Of a stretch of 64,000 nucleotides of DNA, positions 37,698-50,162 are shown piece by piece. Both the position numbers and the translations under genes were made by a program. Under the pieces are notes generated by a model. The model was given only the letters and a program-made list of their open reading frames with translations, searched no databases and had not been told where the DNA came from. Source of the DNA: Octopus sinensis (taxonomy: Eukaryota); NCBI RefSeq assembly GCF_006345805.1, contig NC_043009.1:68200001-68264000 (forward strand). The letters run 5' to 3'. The first letter of the stretch is position 1. Every line of letters begins with the position of its first letter.

Positions 37698-38001
37698 GAC
37701 CAAAGCAAACTTTTCAATTACTTTGTCCATTTTAGAAACTTCTTACCAGCGAGGATTGCTTTGTAAGTCTACCCTCAAAGGACGAACGACGAAGTTAATC
37801 CTGGGGAGATAAAAATGCAGAATATAAAGGACAGTAAGACATTTTATCCGTACAGCAAAGGATTCTGTCAGGCCACCAGTTTAAGATATCGAATGAACAT
37901 AGGAAATGTTCCTTGGTGAATACTAAGCACCATAGGACGAAAACTGTAGAGAATCCCATTAGCACACTCCACGATGCAACCATTTAACAGAAAGTTATCG
38001 A
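37698..38001 (+). repeat. Inverted duplication arm A (partner 39020-39323)
   Basis: Manual alignment: 304 bp, 18 substitutions, no indels (about 94%). Confidence 0.95.
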
Positions 38002-38502
38002 TCCAGTAAACGAGGAACGGATGAGTTTTGTTGGGAAATTTTCAAAGATTTTGCTGGGAAATTTCGATCACAAAACTATCATACTTCAAAAGTGTACGGA
38101 AGGGGATTCTAGAAATCCTTTTGGTATAAGACCAAAATGATAGATTATAGTTTGGGAGCGAGAAGCGCGTGCTGACTGAGGGATTCACGAAGAAGCGTCC
38201 TTCACGTTTCCGATGACACATTCTTTTTTTTAAATCGGTAGTCTTAGAGATATACAACTGTACGGGATAGTCAGGGTTGGAAAGTCTTTTTTATGAGGCT
38301 TGGCCGATGACGGTTGAAATAGGTGTAAACAGCAGCAGCAACAGCAACAACCATAACAACGACAGTAGCAACAATCAGCCTTAGAGTACCCTGCTTCAAT
38401 GTCGATCGGATAAGTGTCAGATGGGTTCCCTAAGAAAATCCGTCGAATACATCTCCCTCTTGCAATGACTTGTTGATAAACAAAGGATGACATTTGTAGT
38501 TT

Positions 38503-38911
38503 TATCGAATTTGTGCTCCGAAGATTTTAAAGAAACACATTCGAAATAAATTTATATTTGTTTTATTAATGTTCATGTTGGTGTTGTGAAGGGAATTTTA
38601 ACGGTTTTCATACTTACCACGCTACCTAGTGTGTATCATGCACTGCTGAACTAAATTGTATTTCTACCTAAAGCTATAAGCTTTTACGCCTCACCAAAAC
38701 AGCAAGATTATCCAGTGACTGGTATTAAAGGTATGGTTCGGCAAAACCCCATGTGTATATACCCACGGTTTATTTATATGGAGATTTTATACGCTTTTTC
38801 AAACATACAGCCGTAATTGTTTTACGTTCATGCTAGATGCTGGCAATTAATAAAGAGTTTTACGATCATCTAACCAGTTGATGTTTATAGACATACAAGA
38901 TTTTTGCATAT
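38503..38911 (+). repeat. Inverted duplication arm B (partner 39944-40352)
   Basis: Manual alignment: 409 bp, 4 substitutions (about 99%). Confidence 0.95.
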
Positions 38912-39019
38912 CAAATATTTAAGAGGAAAAGGCGATGGATTGCCAGAATAGGTAAACTGATGAAGTAAATGGCTTATGCTTCCCTTTAAATTGTTTGTCT
39001 GAATGTCACAGTGTCCCTT

Positions 39020-39323
39020 TCGATAACTTTCTGTTAAATGGTTGCATCGTGGAGTTTGCTAATGGGATTCTCTACAGTTTTCGCCCTATGGTGCTTAGTA
39101 TTCTCCAAGGAACATTTCCTATGTTCATTCGATATCTTAAACTGGTGGCCTGACAGAATCATTAGCTGTACGGATAAAAAGTCCTACAGTCCTTTATATT
39201 CTGTATTTATATCTCCCCAGGATTAACTTCGTCGTTCGTCCTTCCAGGGCAGACTTACAATGCAATCATCGCTGGTAAGATGTTTCTAAAATGGACAAAG
39301 AAATTGAAAAGATTGCTTTGGTC
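39020..39323 (-). repeat. Inverted duplication arm A'
   Basis: Reverse complement of 37698-38001. Confidence 0.95.
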
Positions 39324-39563
39324 TATTAAATGAATTTAGTACCATTCAAGAACTGAGGTCTATTTCACCGACTGATCTTTTTACCAAAATGTATTACCGA
39401 ACAATAACTTGTGGTATTTCGGTATATCCTTTATATTTCAGAGTCAGAATATTGTCAGACTTAATTTCAGTATTTTCTCACTTCATCCTAGTGAGATCGA
39501 TAAATTAAATTACGCTTGAGTAGTAACATCATAATCGATTAAACCCGCACTTGTTAAAATATT

Positions 39564-39760
39564 GGTTTCAAATTTTGGTTCAAGGCCATGAATTTCGTGC
39601 GAAGAGTAAGTCGATTACTCCGATATCAGTGCTTATCTGGCACTAATTTTATCGAAAGAGTGAAAGGCAAAGTAGCCCTCGGTGGAATTTGAACTCCCAA
39701 CATAAAGACGGACGAATTATTTTTCCCGGCGTCCCAACGATTCTGCCAGTTTACCGTCTT
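39564..39760 (-). mobile_element. Diverged SINE family B with 18-bp target-site duplication
   Basis: TSD CGCACTTGTT(A/C)AAATATT at 39546-39563 and 39761-39778. Body contains GAAAGGCAAAGT..GGAATTTGAACTC. Confidence 0.8.
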
Positions 39761-39943
39761 CGCACTTGTTCAAATATTAAGAATCATCATAAATTTTAGG
39801 TTATAAGGCTTCCGAATCTCTACTACACCACATTAAATGCCGATTAATATTTTATACCTATTTACCTTCTCGTTTAAATGTTGCGGGATTGACTATGTCT
39901 TTCATCTCTCCTGGATCAATAAAATAAGCATCAGTTATTATTT

Positions 39944-40352
39944 ATATGCAAAAATCTTGTATGTCTATAAACATCAACTGGTTAGATGATGGTAAAACTC
40001 TTTATTAATTGCCAGCATCTAGCATGAACGTAAAACAATTACAGCTGTATGTTTGAAAAAGCGTATAAAATCTCCATATAAATAAACCGTGGGTATATAC
40101 ACATGGGGTTTTGCCGAACCATACCTTTAATACCAGTCACTGGATAATCTTGCTGTTTTGGTGAGGCGTAAAAGCTTATAGCTTCAGGTAGAAATACAAT
40201 TTAGTTCAGCAGTGCATGATACACACTAGGTAGCGTGGTAAGTATGAAAACCGTTAAAATTCCCTTCACAACACCAACATGAACATTAATAAAACAAATA
40301 TAAATTTATTTCGAATGTGTTTCTTTAAAATCTTCGCAGCACAAATTCGATA
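39944..40352 (-). repeat. Inverted duplication arm B'
   Basis: Reverse complement of 38503-38911. Confidence 0.95.
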
Positions 40353-41408
40353 GAGGAATAGGCAGCGTCGAAACAAAGCCACTCGACTGACGGGATTGAA
40401 GGTGTTCACCAACAATCTCTCGTCTCTGTCTTCCAGGTTTTCCCTCTTCCACGCCTAATCTACCATTATTAGGGCGATCTGTATTCGTTGGAGCTAGTGA
40501 GTCTCCTGCTGCCTGTACTGTACACCGACTCAATTGTACTTCAACCTCGTCATCCATATTGTACACAACCTTTCAGGCTTGTTGTAACAGTGACACTTGG
40601 CATCTATTCAAAGGAACATTCGTCCTTTGGAATACTTCCCTTGATCATGTATGTATTTTGCTTTTCATGTAGAATTGAACTTGCACCGGTTTCAGAGGAA
40701 CATTCACCACGTCCAACTGACCGGTTCCGATAAGAAGATAAAAGGCATAATACCTTCATTCATAAAGACAAAAAATAAAAAAAAAACGGTAGAAATTGGA
40801 GACAAAATGAGCAGCAGTATCGATCAGTATCGATCCTCATTGGTTAAGTCAAATTGCAGTGAAATTCGAATCCAGCTTTACGTGCTAAAAAAAAATGGCA
40901 GGCATACACTTGTCTTTTGAAGACACACAATTCACAATGTAGAACGAAATGCACAAAATACTATCGCTGCCAAATAGGTCAGCTGGGGCAGCAGTAAAGT
41001 GTTGGGGTTTATACAATAAGAGCAGCAACAACAAAGAGGGACGTAGAAGAAAGAAATATCGCATTCAAAGCAAAAGAGACAGTCAGCTAAAAATGGGTGA
41101 GTGAAACACTTTCACTCCATAATGACTTCGATAATGAGAAATACCTAGAGTAATAATTCCGTTCTGCAAGGGTGGACTCTTGAAACGAGACATTTAACAA
41201 GACAGAATCTTCTCACTGACAGACCGTGCGAGGACATACAGACATGTCTACTTGCCAAAACAATTTCATTCGCTGCATAAGGCTCTGCGTTCGTGCGCAA
41301 ACACACACATACTTGTGTGAGTATATATATATTTGTCTCTCTATCTGTTTATCTATCTATCTGTTTACTATCTGTCTATCAATCTCTCTCTCTCTCTCTC
41401 TCTCTCCC

Positions 41409-41451
<43 letters not shown>

Positions 41452-41572
41452 AGTAATGCAATACAAGAGTATTGCTTTCCAGTAAAGAATAGCCAGTGAG
41501 GGAAAATTATACATAGAAGTAAATATATGGCACAACGAATATCGGTACTTCGTTGTGCTATATATTTACTTC

Positions 41573-41633
<61 letters not shown>

Positions 41634-41814
41634 ATACATAAGTTTATACGGTGGTTTTCAAAGAGAAAAATAGAGAACACTCAGCACATGATGTCGAGGA
41701 CTTATTTATTGAGTAGCTGGTTTCAAAACATCATAAATTACTTGCTACTTTTGAAAGGGACGGTGTTGTAATTTTTTAACCAAAGCCTAACGACAACCAA
41801 AGATCTGAGGACAT

Positions 41815-42400
41815 AGCGCTGCAGTCGGGCCGCGTTCAGAATGTCCAACGTAACGCCACAGCAGTTCTATTGACGTTATTTTGACACAACTCTGCTCATA
41901 CATATCAAGAATTATTTGGACGCTATTGACTTCCTGCTTCGTCCAACCAAACCAATAGAACCAGATTCATTGTCGGTTAGTTTTGATGTAGTAAGCATCG
42001 AAACATATTCCATAGGATTTAAGAATAACAGCTATCAAGTATTCGGTTGAAAATCATAGACAGGTGACTCTCATGAGATTTCTCGTGGAATTTACTTACA
42101 TTAGACATTGTCAAAGTAATTTCTGAGAATAACTTCTTTTGTCTACAGACTAGAAATACTGGCATGGGAATAATATTTACTGCAATAACAGCAGCAGAAA
42201 AAGATGGTTCCAAATTACAACTAAAAATAGCACCTAGAGCAAACGAAAATAACGCGAAAAACAGCGCAAAAGAAATCAACAAAATCGGCACGAAGCTTAT
42301 TCAACATCAATACCGCTATCGTGAATATGCGCCGGAAGTGGTAAAGAAGTGATTCAAGTGAGGAATAAAGATCACAGCGAATGAGATCTGTCTGTTCGAT
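41815..42400 (+). mobile_element. Decayed Penelope-like reverse transcriptase fragment
   Basis: Frames HIKNYLDAIDFLL..EPDSLSVSFDVVSI and VKVISENNFFCLQTRNTGMG match the PLE RT motifs (IKD..DFL..LVSFDV.SLYT; LENNFF.F....Q..GTAMG), with deletions and frameshifts. Confidence 0.7.
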
Positions 42401-42875
42401 TCGATTGAAAAGTGCGCTGAGAATGAAGCAGACATGTTATGATTTTATTAAAACGTATTAAGAATGGAATATTTGAGTTTTGTTTTACGGTTTAGACTGA
42501 ACAAAAATGGTGGCCTAAAACTTGTTTTACGGCATTTTACACCAGTATAGAATAGATAGATAAATGTTCACCTCGTCTTTCACAGTCAGTCTAACATCAT
42601 ATTCTTTATGAATTTGATTCAATATCTTCTCTCTTTTCCTTTTAACTTTTGATCGTTTTTTTACTTCTTTCTTATAACTTCGTTTTTGTTCTTTTTATAT
42701 TTTCCCTTTGCTTTCACTCTCCTATCATTTTTAAAGCACATTTATGACTAATCAATGTTACGATGAGGTTTACATTAGATTCACTTGAAGGATGAAAGGA
42801 AATTATAATTCCGTCAGAATATATGCACGCGCATGCATATACATATGCATCCATACATACACACACATACATATG

Positions 42876-42914
<39 letters not shown>

Positions 42915-42993
42915 TTTTGGGGTGAGGGTGGAATAGAACAGGCATAAAGCTATAAACAATAGCATGTAAATATTAGATGTGTGTGTGTGTGTC

Positions 42994-43273
42994 AAGGCTC
43001 GTGGCCTGATGGTTAGAGTAATACACTACTTATCGCAAGATTGTGGTTTCGATTCAAAGACCGGCGGTGTGTTGTGTTTTGGGGAAGAATATTTCATTTC
43101 AAGTTACTCCATTCCATTCAACCGGAAGTGGATAACATTACAACAGACTGGCTTTCAGAGGTAACGTTGATCTGGTTAAGCAGGAAACATTGACAAGCTA
43201 CAATAATACAAGGAAGTGTATTGTAACCAGCGGCGTATAACACATCTGATAGTTTAGTCGATACAGTGACACG
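42994..43273 (+). mobile_element. Diverged SINE family D
   Basis: CGTGGCCTGATGG (A box), GGTTTCGATTC (B box). Tail ACATCTGATAGTTTAGTCGAT resembles the end of the 18099 copy. Confidence 0.6.
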
Positions 43274-43312
43274 CACAAACATTCTCACACACACATACAT
43301 ATCTATATACAT

Positions 43313-43358
<46 letters not shown>

Positions 43359-43694
43359 AGTGCGTGTGTGTGTGTGTGTGTGTGTTTGCTTGTCTGTTTG
43401 TTTTTACTCTCCTGTTTATGTTACCAATTTTCACCCCCCGCAAAATCCCAAATTTTATTTAATTTGCATTGAGGGAGCCACTGTTTTATCGAAAGCGTAT
43501 ATTGTTGTTAAATGCTCGAAATACGAGAGTAGAAAAACAGCCAACAACTGATAAGGGTCGCTCTTTATGTTGTTTGTCTTGTTTTGCATTTGTGTCTTTC
43601 GTTGTTCGAAAAATATTTCATATTCCATGTTCTCGTACTTCGTATTTTTGTTGTACACGTTTCGTGACGTCCTCTGCCTACATATGCATATATA

Positions 43695-44239
43695 CGAGGT
43701 TGGGTCAAAAAGTAATGCCATTTTGTTTAGGACCAACACAGTAACATGTATCATACATCAAAATGAAGCTGGTCCTCTGTGGATCACATCCCTCCTCCTC
43801 AACATAGTCACCGTTTCTCTCAATAGCAATATTCCACCTTCAAATGAGAGCATCTATCTCTGCCCCGTAAAATTCTGTTGACTGTTCTTTGAGTCACTTC
43901 TTCACTACAGTTTTCACTGGAATAATTTAGCACCTTCAGATTATCATCTCTTCGGCCCCATGAAAGAGGGATTGAGAGGCAAACATTATTCCAGTGACGA
44001 GGAAGCGAAAACTGTAGTGAAGAAGTGTCTCAAAGAACAATCAACAGAATTTTACAAAGCAGGGATACCTGCTCTCATTCGAAGGTAGAACATTGCTATT
44101 GAGAGAAACGGTAACTATGTTGAGAAGTAGGGATGTGATTCACAGAGGACGAGCTTCATTTTGATGTATTATACATGTTCCCGTGTTGGTAATTATACCT
44201 GTCCTAAACAAAATGGCATTACTTTTTAACTTACCCTTG
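43695..44239. mobile_element. Fold-back mariner MITE made of two inverted transposon 3' ends
   Basis: TA-flanked. Arms 43695-43926 and 43985-44239 are reverse complements. Right part reads LAPSDYHLFGPMKEGLRGKHYSSDEEAKTVVKKCLKEQSTEFYKAGI..NGNYVEK*. Confidence 0.9.
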
Positions 44240-44828
44240 TATATACGTATAGATCTTAGTATGTACATATACGTATGTATATATGCATGTATATATATAT
44301 ATATTATTTATATTATTATATATAGAGACTTTCTTATTAAAGTTACAAAAACATCACAAAAACTGCTACTCCGAGTTTCACACCCCGTTCGTAGAGCAAT
44401 TATTATCAAGATTCTTTATTCCAACTGCCCGTCGAACAGAAACCTTTTTTAATTTTTCAGATTTGAGATATATTTGGTTGTTGTTTCCAGCAAATTCCGA
44501 ATCACGTTATAAATTTTCCGATATGATAATGCAGAGTAGAATTTTCTTCAAAGTGAGCGGTCTAAAATGTTGGTCGCAGCCTCTGAAGAGCAAGATGGGT
44601 GTTATTAATTATAAGCTCTTAAAGATGACAAACGCTTCAGTCATATTAGGTTAATGGACACGAGAGGAAAGCCGTGTTGTACATAACACACGCATAGTTA
44701 GAGGCGCGCAAATTCCTTCACACACGCATACACACAAGCATAATATTCATACATATATATATATGTATATGTGCATATGTGCGTGTCTGAGTACGTGTGC
44801 ATATATATATATATATGTTATATATATA

Positions 44829-44859
<31 letters not shown>

Positions 44860-44945
44860 GTGTGTGTATGTATGTGTGTATATATATGTGTGTGTGTGTG
44901 ACTGAGTGGGCGTGTGTGTATACATAGATACATACATACATATAT

Positions 44946-44977
<32 letters not shown>

Positions 44978-45108
44978 GTGTTTATATATATATACACCTA
45001 CGCATGTATCTATGTATGTAGTGTATATCTGTATATATATATATATATGTTTATATGACCGGCTGTCTATTTGTTTACATTTTCTCATATGTGTGTGCGT
45101 GCGCGCTA

Positions 45109-45139
<31 letters not shown>

Positions 45140-45861
45140 TTTTCAAAGGAGTTTCAAAGCTTGACATCATGTTTCTATTTCTAATATTTCTAAAGAGGTG
45201 CTTCCAAAAGGATTACCAGAACATCTACTAGAATATTAATAGATTCATCGTATCTTATGTTTTTTTTTTTGTTTGTTTTTCTTTTATTTCGTTTTGTTTC
45301 GAGAAATACTTTTTATGACTTTGGAACTCTTTGCTCCAGTTCGTTTCATTTTATTTCATTTCTTTCCTGGCAAGACGTCAAAGGGTTTTCTTTCTGTTTT
45401 TTTTTTAAAATACCAGTCTTTAAGTAACATCAACATTATCTCCTTTCGCTAACGCTTCTACAAAAAGAGACAAGCTCGCTCGGTATTTGTCTGGCCCATA
45501 ATCTATCACAATGGGGTTTCGTCGATTGTGATTGTGGAGCTTTAGTTTAAATGAAGAACGGTATTTATTTTCATTCCATTCTTTTCAGTGATCAAATGGC
45601 GCCGAAGTCGGGTTTAACTTTGATCCTACGTTGCACTGCTACTGATTCCATCGACTAGACTCATCACCTAAACTGATTGTCTTTTGCCAGAGCAAGAAAT
45701 CAATATACCATTATAGAACGCAACGTCGAGCTAAGAAAGAGCCAGCATCCAGATTTGGCTATGAAAATATTTCAGCTCCACTTCTCACTTCTTACTTTAG
45801 TGTTGTCGTCATCATCATCATCATCATCATTGTTGTTGTTGTTCTAGTTATTATTATTATG

Positions 45862-45893
<32 letters not shown>

Positions 45894-45902
45894 CATTATT
45901 AT

Positions 45903-46117
45903 GAAGGCGGTGATCTGCCAGAATCGTTAGCACCCCGGCTGAAATGCTCAGCGATATTTCGTCTGCTGCTACATTCTGAGTTCAAATTCCGCCGAGGCCG
46001 AACTTACTTTTCATCATTTTAGGGTCGATAAAATAGGTACCAATTGAGTACTGGGGTCGATGTAAACGACTCACTCTCTCCCCCAAATTTTCAGGCCTTA
46101 TTTCTTTAGTAAAAAGG

Positions 46118-46120
<3 letters not shown>
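45903..46120 (+). mobile_element. SINE family B with (ATT)n tail
   Basis: GAAGGCGGTGATCTGCCAGAATCGTTAGCAC head; TGAGTTCAAATTCCGCCGAGG. Confidence 0.8.
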
Positions 46121-46152
<32 letters not shown>

Positions 46153-46194
46153 CAGTATTATTATTACTACCACTATTATTATTATTATTATTAT

Positions 46195-46400
46195 TAAGTC
46201 GGTGAGCTAGTAGAATTGTTAGCACGATGGACGAAATCCTTTGTGGCATTTCGCCGGTTGCTACGTTCTGAGTTCAAATTCCGCCGAGGCCGGCTTTGCC
46301 TTTCATCCTTTCGGGGTCGATAAAATAAGTACCAGTTGAACACTGGGGTCGATGTAATCCCGTACCCCAAAACTGTTGCCCTTGTGGCAAAATTTGAAAT
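46195..46400 (+). mobile_element. SINE family B inserted at the (ATT)n tail of the previous copy
   Basis: TTCTGAGTTCAAATTCCGCCGAGGCCGGCTTTGCCTTTCATCCTTTCGGGGTCGATAAAATAAGTACC. Confidence 0.8.
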
Positions 46401-47296
46401 TAAAATCTCTTGCGGAGAAACATTTGCAGCCCCCCCCCACCACCACCACCGCCACTGTGTTTGGAAGGAAAAGTCAGTGTGTAAAGAGATGTTAGAAAAT
46501 GGTGTAAGACACTTTGTCCGATTCTTTATTGATTGTGTCACCCACAGCATTCGTGTCCATACGTGTGTTTTATATTAAGTTTTGAGTTAATCAATTTGAA
46601 GTCGGCCATTGGATGAAATTCAAAAGTTATCACATAACAAAATAGAAAAAAGAAAAGAAGAAAGGACTGTACTTCAATCAAGGGAAAAGAAAAAAGATCT
46701 GACAAAGAATATATTTATGAATTTCATAGAGTTTAGATATTAAAAGATAATTAATAATATATCTAGTGAAATTTGAGATTCAATTATAAAACCACTTCGT
46801 TTTAATAGTGTTATTAATGTGAAAGATGCTTTATGTTTCTTTAAAAATAGGATTTAAAATACGTTCGAACTGAGCGCAATTGACAAAAATCAATATTTCA
46901 ATTCAGAAGGCAAACAAACAAACAAAAAGGACTTAATTTTCGGCTGCGCATTTATTAATATGTCCATTTATATCCGTGATATCCCATAACTTGTTTCAAA
47001 GAACAGTATTATTTTAACTGTTTATGTGAGAAATACATTTCAATTTGCGCATTTGAGTGCATGCGCATGAGATGCTCACGGAACTTTGAAAAATGGCGAA
47101 GCGGAATCGCAATTTAATCAATTAACAACCAAAGGAATAATCGTCAGATGAATCGTTATGTATGTGTGTATGCATTCCTTGCAACACCTATCTGTGTTCG
47201 GTTTGTCCTTACACAGAGGCCATCCGGATTCCCGTTTGCGCCGTGAACAGGAATTAATCTTCTCTCTTCGCTCTTATACGCCATTTGGTCTCAACT

Positions 47297-47630
47297 CTCC
47301 CCCCCCTCCTCATCTAACCTCCCTCTCCCCCCTCCTCACCTATGCTTTCTCCCCCCGACCCCTACTTCTTCAGTCCTTCATCCTTTCACCCCTACTCCCC
47401 TTCCCTTCTTCCCTCTTTCTCCCTCCCTCTTCCCCTTCCCTCTGCTCCCTCACTCCCTCTCTCCCCCTCTCCCTCTTTCCTCCTTCATCCCCCTCCTCCC
47501 CTTCCTTCTCCCCCATCCTCTCCTCTTCCCCCTTCCCCTCCCCCTCTTCTCCTCCCCCTCTTCTTCCCCTCCCCTTCTCTCCCCCATCTTCTCCCCCTCC
47601 CCCTCTTCTCCCCCTCCCCCTCTTCTCCTC
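47297..47630. repeat. Polypyrimidine / C-run low-complexity tract
   Basis: Almost entirely C/T on the plus strand, with many C4-C7 runs. Confidence 0.95.
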
Positions 47631-47918
47631 ACTACACCACATGACTTTACACATCACATCACATATGATGTGCCATACTAATACACACACCAACTAATAC
47701 ATACTAATACGTACTAATACATACTAGTACATACTAATACTTACACCAACCCTATACATACACACGTCCAGACCCCGCATACGCACTTATACTCTCTCAC
47801 ACACACACACACATACCTATACATACAATACGTACTAATACATACTAATACATACTAATACATACACCAACCCCATACATACGCATGTCCAGACCAATCT
47901 TACGCACTAATACTCTCT

Positions 47919-47963
<45 letters not shown>

Positions 47964-48196
47964 ATACATACTAATACATACACCAACCCTATACATACAC
48001 ACATCCAGACCCCTCCCACGCACTTTTAGCTGGTCCCTCAACCCTTTTATCAACCCTATTATCTCCCCTTATTTCGCTCTCGCGTCTCATGTTTGATCTT
48101 TGACCTCTGGCCGAAATCAGATCGCCATGTTGATTCGTTAGCTACTGCACGCATTTTTTTTCTCTCCTTCTTTCTGTGTTTTTCTCTCTCTGTGTA

Positions 48197-48234
48197 TCTT
48201 TCTGTTGAAGAGCGTAGGCTCGAAACGTTAAAGA
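48197..48234 (+). ncRNA. Minimal hammerhead-like motif with non-canonical CUGUUGA core
   Basis: TCTTT-CTGTTGA-A-GAGC-GTAG-GCTC-GAAA-CG-TT-AAAGA. Perfect stems I and II, palindromic stem III, U in place of A6. Confidence 0.65.
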
Positions 48235-48351
48235 CTTGTTTTATTTATATTTCCTGAGCGCCATACTAATACAATTGTTCGTTTGTTTTCCACCTGCCTT
48301 CGTCTTTTGTTTATTTTCATAAAGCTTCCCGTTATATACATGAGTATATAC

Positions 48352-48437
<86 letters not shown>

Positions 48438-48457
48438 TATATATGTATATATCTATT

Positions 48458-48488
<31 letters not shown>

Positions 48489-48914
48489 ATATACATATAT
48501 ATATACATATATATACATACATACATACATATATATATCAATGTATATATATATATATATATATCAATGTATGCATGTATTTATAAATCCATGCAGTTAT
48601 GTATGCATCTTTGTATGTATATATGTTTGTATGTATGTATGTATGTATGTATGTATATATGAACAATAACAAAATTTAAAGTGAGAAGTGGCAGCCCCAC
48701 AACAAAATGAAATCGAGGTCCAGCGTTCAAAACCTGTCTGATGAACTTTCAACAAACATAAAATAGACTTATGTGAGAATTGTTTTAATCGGGTTGGCAA
48801 AGGCAGCGCTATCTTAGTTCGACTCGTAGAATAACATTTAAACAGTGACGTTTGCTACCTGTGTAAGTAAAGTAAGGATTTCTGCTTTGGTCTTAGAAAA
48901 AAGGGATAGAGATA

Positions 48915-48968
<54 letters not shown>

Positions 48969-49598
48969 CGAGAGAAAGAGCGAGAGAAAGAGCGAGAAAG
49001 AGAGCTGAACAGCAGAACGTCTTCAGAAAAGAAATCTCACTGAAACAAGTGTTTTGGGCCTTATCTTCTTAGATTTTAAGGAGGAGACAAGGTGCATCCA
49101 GGTCATGAATCCTGGTTGCCCTTCTGCTGACACTTTTTTGCTACCTGGGTATCGGATGCTAGTCTATTTAAACCGCTTTCTGGTTTCATCTCGTTCTAAC
49201 TTCCCTACGTTGACTCAACTTTCAAACAAGCTTAAAGAAGAAATAGCGTTGGTTGTCATGGTTACGGTGAAACGTCAACGTGTTCGCAATGACCAACTGA
49301 CTCACTCAGAGTTGCTTCCCATAGCGTTAAAATACAAAAATATAGTCTTCATGATATTTAGAAAAACCCAACAACAGGTCATTGTTTGTAAGAGTTTCGC
49401 TACCTTTCCGTAGTGAAAGTCAAAAGCAGCTCTGAGAGAATGAGAAGTTGAAACTCATAGTAATGTAAGCATATTCGTCCTTGTTTTATACGTTTTATAA
49501 AGAGATTTGTCTTTAGAAAGATACAAAGTTAAATCTAAAATACTAGCGTTAAATAACAAATAACACCTCAAAAGTGTAATTGTTGGAACTCTGAAATA

Positions 49599-50162
49599 CG
49601 AGGTCTGATCGAAAAGTATCGAAACTGTTGCTATGGTAACGGAGCTAAGGTAAGCACAGTGAAGCTGCATGATGCAAATTGACCTTGAACTCTGTCGAAC
49701 ATGCACGCTAAGCTATAACATTCTCGCTCACTTCCGTTGTTTATAGCAGCGCTCGAAAATAAAGTGTGTAGAGTATGGTTGTCTGGAAAAGAAGATTGGA
49801 TTTCAGCTGCGTAGGATCATCTTGATTGTGTCGAGGAAGACGCGAAGTTTTTGAAAACTGTCATAACAGGAGATGAATCATTGGTCTATAGTTATAGCCC
49901 CGAAAGCAAGGTAAAAGTGAAATCCAACTTGTAAGGAACAAGATTTCAAGACGTCGTGGAAACGCAAGAGAAAATGACAAGGCAGCTACTCGGTATCTCC
50001 AAAAAGTAGTTCCAGGAATACTTCCATCAATGGAAACGACGCTGGATAAAATGTGTGGCTTCAGAAGTGGGACTCAGTTCAAAGGAGATTAAATGCTGAA
50101 TTAATATATGTTGTGGATTTGTTTTTATAGAACCTGTCCTAATACTTTTTGATCAGGTTTCG
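49599..50162 (+). mobile_element. Internally deleted mariner derivative
   Basis: TA-flanked TIRs CGAGGTCTGATCGAAAAGTAT / ATACTTTTTGATCAGGTTTCG. Remnants FLKTVITGDES.VYSYSPESK and FQEYFHQWKRRWIKCVAS. Confidence 0.85.

Larger units (their letters stand above)
47185..48333 (+). mobile_element. Penelope-like element 3' end (GIY-YIG C-terminus, CT tract, subrepeats, terminal repeat with HHR)
   Basis: HLSVFGLSLHRGHPDSRLRREQELIFSLRSYTPFGLNS (47185-47298) matches the PLE EN C-terminal pattern (E..LIF.L.T..P.GLN). 48123-48333 is nearly identical to 52632-52838. Confidence 0.8.

Noticed and set aside
37795-39226. 62-aa ORF (MVASWS..) intact in both A and A'
   Set aside because: Of 10 differences in the ORF, 9 are non-synonymous and 1 is synonymous, so there is no sign of purifying selection.
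40350-40570. 86-aa minus-strand ORF (MYNMDDEVEV..) as a host exon
   Set aside because: No recognisable domain. It runs into arm B'. GKPGRQRRE is weakly reminiscent of decayed RTE LINE ends. Not supportable either way.
42100-42295. Hydrophobic minus-strand frame with a strong GTAAGT donor, resembling a two-TM exon
   Set aside because: The plus strand carries recognisable PLE RT motifs (SFDVVS, ENNFFC, Q..TGMG). The hydrophobic frame is the antisense by-product.
43640-43675. Minus-strand GTCAC-GAAA-CGTG-TA half-hammerhead
   Set aside because: The CUGANGA half is absent.
47158-47697. 179-aa Pro/Ser/Leu-rich ORF and its Gly/Glu/Arg-rich antisense ORFs
   Set aside because: Apart from the PLE motif at the start, these are translations of a C/T low-complexity tract.
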